Assembly (NCBI GenBank): GCA_002717835.1
Contig: PBBV01000024.1
Span: forward strand, 1 to 61,684
DNA length: 61,684 nt
Reading direction: 5' to 3'
Source of the DNA: Methanobacteriota archaeon
Lineage (GTDB): Archaea; Thermoplasmatota; Poseidoniia; Poseidoniales; Thalassarchaeaceae
In this document: in pieces, positions 56,609-61,684 of the stretch
How positions within the stretch are numbered: position 1 is the first letter of the stretch
How the letters are laid out: each line of letters begins with the position of its first letter
Position numbers and translations under genes: made by a program
Notes under the pieces: model-generated
What the model was told of the DNA's origin: nothing
Database searches by the model: none
Seen by the model: only the letters and a program-made list of their open reading frames with translations

Positions 56609-58298
56609 CAAATGGTTGGAGCAAAACATGCGGGATGTGCTGGAAGGTCTGGATTCGGATCAGAGATCCATGATGACGGAGTTGTGCATACTTGTCGATA
56701 AAGAGGATAATCCGATTGGCGGTGCTTCAAAAAAAGACTGCCACTATGGCGAGGGGGCCCTCCACAGGGCCTTCAGCGTACTATTATTCGATAGAAATGA
56801 TAGATTGCTAGTGCAGAAGCGCGCTTCAACGAAAATCACATTCCCATCCATATGGGCTAACACTTGTTGCAGCCATCCACTTATGATTTCAAATGACGGA
56901 ACAGATGTAGAAGAGTCTGTCCGCTCTGCAGCGATAAGAAAAATGGAACAAGAGCTCGGCATATCGACTGAAATATCTGAGAAATGGGATTTCAGGGAGA
57001 TTGGTAAATTCAAATATAGTTCAAGATGGGATTCTGAGTGGATTGAGAGAGAGATCGATCACGTTCTTGTGGTTAGGGGAGACCCTATCATCGAACCCAA
57101 CCCAAACGAGGTAGAAATGGTCGAGTGGCTGGATCTAGATGAAATAAGAAGTATGGTCAAACAAACCGGCCGTTGGTCAGAGGAAATAGTCGCTCCATGG
57201 TTCAAGGCCATCATGAGTGCGTATCTGCCGGAGGGTAAATCGATAGATGAGGCTGTAGGGAATGCGTCAAATGAAATTCTCCAATTTGGAAGGATGTCCC
57301 TAAAACCAGGTAACACAAACCAGATTCTCGATCAAATATCAGGGCACAGAGAGAGAGCTGAAGAGCATATCAAGGAGGGTTTATCCAAAATTAGCCAACC
57401 AAGGCTTCATGCGGCAATGAATCATTTGTTCACAGGCGGGGGCAAGCGTCTCAGAGCCATGCTCCCTATCCTAGTAGGCGAGGCAATCGGAAAAGGGCAT
57501 GAAGGACATTACGTTCTAGGTGCATGTATCGAAATTATACACAATTTCACTCTTGTCCACGATGATATTATGGATCAAGATCCGGTAAGGAGAGGTCTCA
57601 AAGCAGTACATGTGGAGTTCGATGATTCTACCGCCATCAATGCTGGGGACGCCATGCTCGCCTTGAGTTTTGAGATGCTAGCAGATTCCAAACACATAGA
57701 TGACGATCAATTACGATTGCTCGTAAAGAATATTGGAGAGATGGTTCGGAGAGTGGCAGAGGGTCAACAAGAAGATTTTGAGTTCGAAGGCAGAGAAGTC
57801 GTATCGGAGGATGATTATCTCGCCATGATAGAAGGTAAAACGAGTGCAATGTTCCAAATGTGCGCCAAAACCGGTGCTATAATTTCCGGAGCCGCGGATG
57901 AGATGGTCCAGACTTTTTCAGAGTGGGGATTGATGCTTGGCCTCTGCTTTCAGATCATGGATGATGTTATTGACCTGAGGTCTGACACTAAGACTCTGGG
58001 GAAGACTTCTGGTTCAGACATCTCCAGCGGTAAAAGAACGCTAATAGCAATCCATGCGCTATCAAGCGGAATGGACTTGCCAAACTTCACAGATGCATTT
58101 GGCAATGAAGAAGCCTCTGAGGTTATGATAAACAAGGCCATTACTGATTTGGAGAGTTCTGGAAGCCTGGATTATGCATGGAAGAGAGCCTTAGATTATC
58201 ACGAGGCAGCCCATCAGGCTCTCGACAGAATAGAATCATCTCCGAGTTTAGAGGTATTGAGAGTCATCACGGACTTCCAGATTACAAGAGTTCGTTGA
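56601..58298 (+). CDS. Fusion protein: type-1 isopentenyl-diphosphate isomerase (Nudix) plus (geranyl)geranyl diphosphate synthase
   Basis: N-terminal half: HRAFSVLLFD...LLVQKRASTKITFPSIWANTCCSHP and EIDHVLV (IDI-1). C-terminal half: GGKRLRAML, FTLVHDDIMDQD (FARM), FQIMDDVID (SARM), GKTSGSDISSGKRT. The ATG overlaps the IPK stop (ATGAATGA). Confidence 0.85.
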   Translation: MNDKWLEQNMRDVLEGLDSDQRSMMTELCILVDKEDNPIGGASKKDCHYGEGALHRAFSVLLFDRNDRLLVQKRASTKITFPSIWANTCCSHPLMISNDGTDVEESVRSAAIRKMEQELGISTEISEKWDFREIGKFKYSSRWDSEWIEREIDHVLVVRGDPIIEPNPNEVEMVEWLDLDEIRSMVKQTGRWSEEIVAPWFKAIMSAYLPEGKSIDEAVGNASNEILQFGRMSLKPGNTNQILDQISGHRERAEEHIKEGLSKISQPRLHAAMNHLFTGGGKRLRAMLPILVGEAIGKGHEGHYVLGACIEIIHNFTLVHDDIMDQDPVRRGLKAVHVEFDDSTAINAGDAMLALSFEMLADSKHIDDDQLRLLVKNIGEMVRRVAEGQQEDFEFEGREVVSEDDYLAMIEGKTSAMFQMCAKTGAIISGAADEMVQTFSEWGLMLGLCFQIMDDVIDLRSDTKTLGKTSGSDISSGKRTLIAIHALSSGMDLPNFTDAFGNEEASEVMINKAITDLESSGSLDYAWKRALDYHEAAHQALDRIESSPSLEVLRVITDFQITRVR

Positions 58299-58301
58299 AT
58301 C

Positions 58302-60509
58302 TCAATCCGAGTAATAAGCCTCGCCGGGAATATCCGATTTGAGGCCCTTCCTTTCACGGATATCTCCAACAGTCTTCTCAAAGAGATTCATTGGAAGAAT
58401 GTCGAATCCGGCATTTTCAGTGTTCCACACTGCTCGGCCTTGGCTGGCTGCGCGTATGTCGTTAGAGAAGCCGAAGGATTCCCCTACAGGCATCTTACCT
58501 ATCACTGATGCAGTTCCGCCATCTACCGGCATATCTTCAATTATTCCTCTTCTGTTCGTAACTTCTCTGGTGACGCCGCCAATAACGTCATTTGGCGCAT
58601 CGATTCGTATATTCTGAATCGGTTCCAAAATAACAGGCCTGGACCTCACGAGACTGCCTCTGATCGAGTTCCGTACTGCTGGAATCGTCTGTGCTGGGCC
58701 TCTGTGTATCGCATCTTCGTGCAGTTTTGCATCCGTGAGCCTCACCATAACGCCCATCAAAGGTTCCTCCGCAAGTGGTCCTTTCTTGCATACCTCGTTG
58801 AATCCCTCAATGATTAGTTCTCTTGTCTCATGTAAATTCTGGATACCCTTCGTATCATTCACGAGAACGTTAGTACCGTGGATGGCGTATATTTTCCGCA
58901 TCAAATCTTTCTTCATACCATATGCGGCGAACTTATCACCAACTTCCTTGGAATCCTTGTTCCTGACTGTACCATCACCGAATTCACCTTCCCTGAGTGC
59001 TTGGATTACTTCAGTGGGCAACGGTTCGGTTTCTACGTAGAATCTATTGTGTCTGTTAGGCGACTTGCCTTCAAATGCTCGGCCTTCGTTCTTCGATTGT
59101 ATGCATTCTCTGTACACAACTATCGGATCGCTCTGTTTGACTTTGATACCATGCTCTTCTTCGAGCCTGTATATTGTGATTTCAAGGTGTAACTCCCCCA
59201 TCCCGGCAAGTAGTGCTTCTCCAGTTTCACTGTTGGTACTCACTTGCAGAGAGGCATCAGCCTTCGCTAAACTGGACATTGCGCCTATAAACTTGGGTAA
59301 ATCCTTCATTGCTATCGGCTCAATAGCTTTAGTGACTACGGGTTCTGAATAATGCCTTATGGCTTCAAAGGGTGTAGCATCTGGATCTCTCGTAACAGTA
59401 ACACCCGCAGCAGCGCTTCTTATTCCCGTTATCGCAACTATATTGCCGGCAGTGACAAAAGGCACTGATATTCTGTCGCCTCCAACCATCATTGAAACTT
59501 GCTGAACGCGCTCAGCCTTAGCCCCGCCAAGGGCCCATACACTTTCTCCTTGCTTAATTTGGCCCGAGTAGATGCGACCAACTGCAACTTCACCAGCATG
59601 AGGATCCATCCATATTTTTGTTATCATCAGTGATAAGGGGCCATCCTCATCACAATCAATCATAGCCTTCCCTTGGATTGAATCCAAATCGCCCTGCCAA
59701 ATATTTGGGATTCTGTAAACTTGCGCCTCCAATGGAGATGGTAGTTTGTCAACAGCCATATCCAATAGAACTTCGTGTACGGGTGCCTTCTTTGAGAGTT
59801 CTTTCTGCTCGTCATTCTTGCAATACTCGAAGATATCGACGAAATTCAACTTAGATTTCGCCATGAAAGGCACCGACATCCCCCAATTGTAGTATGCGGA
59901 CCCGAAGGCCACAGTGCCGTTTTCTACAGATACTCTCCATTCCTTCTTGAGTCCCTCGGGAGCAAATGTAGAGATTAGTTTGTTGACTTTTGCTATTATT
60001 TGCGAGAAGCGCTCCATCATCTCCTTTCCGTCAATCTGAAGCTCGTTGATCAATCGGTCTACCTTGTTTATGAAAAGAACTGGCCGGACCTTTTCCTTCA
60101 ATGCTTGGCGTACGACAGTCTCAGTCTGAGGCATCGTACCTTCTACCGCACAGGCTAGGATTATGCATCCGTCGACGGCCCGCATTGCACGTGTAACGTC
60201 CCCCCCGAAATCCACGTGACCTGGTGTATCTATGAGGTTGACAAGGTAATCTTCCCCAGAAACGCTGTGCACCATGGAGGCGGATGCGGCATTGATTGTG
60301 ATCCCCCTTGCGGACTCCTGTTCATCGAAGTCTAAAACCCTGGATTTTCCGGCTAAATCCTCGGACATCATGCCCGCACCAGCAATCAGATTGTCCGAAA
60401 GTGTTGTTTTCCCATGATCGATATGAGCAGCAATTGCCAGATTTCTGATTCGATCTCGGTCGTGCATGACCTCAGTTGCTCGCTTGATGTTGTCTTCCTT
60501 ACGTCCCAT
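58302..60509 (-). CDS. fusA: Translation elongation factor 2 (aEF-2)
   Basis: AHIDHGKTTLSD, LIDTPGHVDF, NKVDR, and the diphthamide-loop region DAIHRGPAQ. Confidence 0.95.
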   Translation of the reverse strand: MGRKEDNIKRATEVMHDRDRIRNLAIAAHIDHGKTTLSDNLIAGAGMMSEDLAGKSRVLDFDEQESARGITINAASASMVHSVSGEDYLVNLIDTPGHVDFGGDVTRAMRAVDGCIILACAVEGTMPQTETVVRQALKEKVRPVLFINKVDRLINELQIDGKEMMERFSQIIAKVNKLISTFAPEGLKKEWRVSVENGTVAFGSAYYNWGMSVPFMAKSKLNFVDIFEYCKNDEQKELSKKAPVHEVLLDMAVDKLPSPLEAQVYRIPNIWQGDLDSIQGKAMIDCDEDGPLSLMITKIWMDPHAGEVAVGRIYSGQIKQGESVWALGGAKAERVQQVSMMVGGDRISVPFVTAGNIVAITGIRSAAAGVTVTRDPDATPFEAIRHYSEPVVTKAIEPIAMKDLPKFIGAMSSLAKADASLQVSTNSETGEALLAGMGELHLEITIYRLEEEHGIKVKQSDPIVVYRECIQSKNEGRAFEGKSPNRHNRFYVETEPLPTEVIQALREGEFGDGTVRNKDSKEVGDKFAAYGMKKDLMRKIYAIHGTNVLVNDTKGIQNLHETRELIIEGFNEVCKKGPLAEEPLMGVMVRLTDAKLHEDAIHRGPAQTIPAVRNSIRGSLVRSRPVILEPIQNIRIDAPNDVIGGVTREVTNRRGIIEDMPVDGGTASVIGKMPVGESFGFSNDIRAASQGRAVWNTENAGFDILPMNLFEKTVGDIRERKGLKSDIPGEAYYSD

Positions 60510-60592
60510 TTAGCACACCACTGATGTTTCGCTCGACTTTTGAGAGGTTCATAAAGCCGACCGTTTGTACGTGGGGGAAATGAGCGGCTAGA

Positions 60593-61216
60593 TCATCTTG
60601 CAGATGCTGCGATTCGCTCTACTTCCTCGCGCTTGGATACAGCAAAAGAAGCTATATCGCCCTCTGAGGCTTTACTGAGTTCTGATACAATTCCCTGTGT
60701 CAGAGTTCGGGTACTCTTCGCTGTTGCTGCAGCACATCCTTTTGCGAGATTCCTCATAGCGGTGTCTAGTCTCCTACTGGGTGATGAGTCTACCGCCTTA
60801 GGCTGGCTCACAGCGCCGAATTTTATTCTGGTTATCTCTTCACAGGGAGCAGAGTTTACAACTGCATCTATGAAAAGTTGCAGGGGGTTCTCTCCCTTTC
60901 TTTCTGCCATGGAATCTAGAGCGGCTTCAAACGCCTTGGCACAATGCTGTTTCTTTCCAGCGTATTTTCCAGTTCTCATAAGACTGTTAATGAATCGTTC
61001 AATGATAGAGAGTTTAGATTTTCCAAACCAGACTCTGGCGTGCCTCCCCCCGCTGTGAGGGGTTCCGATGGTTGTGAGGTTGACATAGGGTGCTAGTCCA
61101 GGGTCATTGCAGGTTACTTCTGTTGCATCCCACTTCCCAAACACCATAGTCCCAATACCGGCTATAGCAGCCTGTTGTTCCTTGTCTTGAGCTTCTTCAT
61201 CGGACATATTGATCAC
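60593..61216 (-). CDS. rps7: Ribosomal protein uS7
   Basis: [19 protein letters not shown], and context between uS12 and aEF-2. Confidence 0.93.
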   Translation of the reverse strand: MINMSDEEAQDKEQQAAIAGIGTMVFGKWDATEVTCNDPGLAPYVNLTTIGTPHSGGRHARVWFGKSKLSIIERFINSLMRTGKYAGKKQHCAKAFEAALDSMAERKGENPLQLFIDAVVNSAPCEEITRIKFGAVSQPKAVDSSPSRRLDTAMRNLAKGCAAATAKSTRTLTQGIVSELSKASEGDIASFAVSKREEVERIAASAR

Positions 61217-61662
61217 CTGACAGGCTTCTCCTTACGTCCACGGACCATTTCATCGAGTGAAACACCGTTCACTTTTATGACCTTGAATCTGACTCCGGGC
61301 AAATCTCCGTACGAACGACCCATGCGGCCCCCTATACCCTCTACCATTACCTCGTCATGCTCATCGATAAATGATATTGCTCCATCCCCGGGTGCGAAGG
61401 CTGTCAACTTATTTCCTGTCCTGATGAGTGAAATTTTCACTGCTTTCCTGATGCCGGAGTTAGGTTGTTTGGCTTCTATGCCCACTTTCTCTATCACAAT
61501 GCCCTTTGCCTGAGTACTGCCCATGAGTGGGTCATGCTTCAGGACACCTCCGGCTTTTCGCTTATCTTGGCGTTGTTTGAACTTGCGCTCCTTCCACCTA
61601 AATTTCTTACGATCACCCTTCATCTTCGGTCCTGAAAACAACCCTTGACCCAAGTGACGCAC
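61213..61662 (-). CDS. rps12: Ribosomal protein uS12
   Basis: [30 protein letters not shown] and [14 protein letters not shown]. Apparent GTG (or nearby TTG) start. 4-nt overlap with uS7. Confidence 0.93.
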   Translation of the reverse strand: MRHLGQGLFSGPKMKGDRKKFRWKERKFKQRQDKRKAGGVLKHDPLMGSTQAKGIVIEKVGIEAKQPNSGIRKAVKISLIRTGNKLTAFAPGDGAISFIDEHDEVMVEGIGGRMGRSYGDLPGVRFKVIKVNGVSLDEMVRGRKEKPVR

Positions 61663-61684
61663 CCCTAAGCAGGCGAGGCCACCT

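Noticed and set aside
61663-61684. The right window end (...GCAGGCGAGGCCACCT) is complementary to CCTCGCCT at ~151-158 in the SRP RNA 3' strand. This hinted at a circular junction that would complete the SRP RNA.
   Set aside because: Only ~8 nt match. Joining the ends would leave far too little 5' sequence (~45 nt) before helix 8 for an archaeal SRP RNA. Most likely coincidence.
1-61684. I scanned for CRISPR arrays, IS elements or transposases, integrases, toxin-antitoxin pairs and known defence-system genes.
   Set aside because: I saw no spaced direct-repeat arrays, no DDE, serine or tyrosine recombinase motifs, and no nuclease/ATPase/methylase islands. The window is dominated by housekeeping genes.

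Overview
This window reads as a core chromosomal segment of an archaeon, with moderate GC by eye. Assigning it to a marine Thermoplasmatota / Marine-Group-II-like lineage is inference only. The archaeal call rests on these genes: DNA primase PriS, proteasome-activating nucleotidase PAN, aEF-2, ribosomal proteins S19e/L39e/L31e/S17e/uS7/uS12, Kae1, MBF1, Tsr3, split transketolase and archaeal-type ProRS. Coding density is very high, and many genes overlap by 1-8 nt. Recognisable functional blocks, in order: (i) the 3' part of an SRP RNA at the left edge; (ii) an RND/MMPL exporter, ValRS, a 2-hydroxyacid dehydrogenase and SOD; (iii) IscA plus a YgfZ-like protein beside FdhD plus a YdeP-type molybdoenzyme; (iv) a ribosomal protein cluster; (v) a preQ0 (7-deazaguanine) cluster RHH-folE-queE-queC-msrB-queD; (vi) methylmalonyl-CoA epimerase and mutase; (vii) a complete histidine-utilisation set (hutI, hutH, hutU, glutamate formiminotransferase, cyclodeaminase) interrupted by a roughly 9 % GC island, two tiny ORFs and tRNA-Val; (viii) PAN, MBF1, Tsr3, MetRS; (ix) PriS; (x) a futalosine-type menaquinone cluster (mqnD, mqnA, one radical-SAM mqnE/C) containing a 159-aa half-length homologue of eukaryotic deoxyhypusine hydroxylase; (xi) transketolase, ProRS, CoaBC, an S15 peptidase and thiolase; (xii) isopentenyl phosphate kinase overlapping a fused type-1 IPP isomerase / GGPP synthase; (xiii) aEF-2, uS7, uS12. 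I saw no CRISPR array, transposase, integrase or recognisable defence system. The most interesting item is the half-size DOHH-like di-iron HEAT protein at 43193-43672. Secondary items are the IDI-GGPPS fusion, a QueC lacking all four zinc-ligand cysteines, an EF-hand protein with a polyproline tract, and three ORFs under 60 aa that the ORF track misses (L39e, an RHH protein, a zinc-ribbon protein). All family assignments come from motif recognition by eye; no database search was run.
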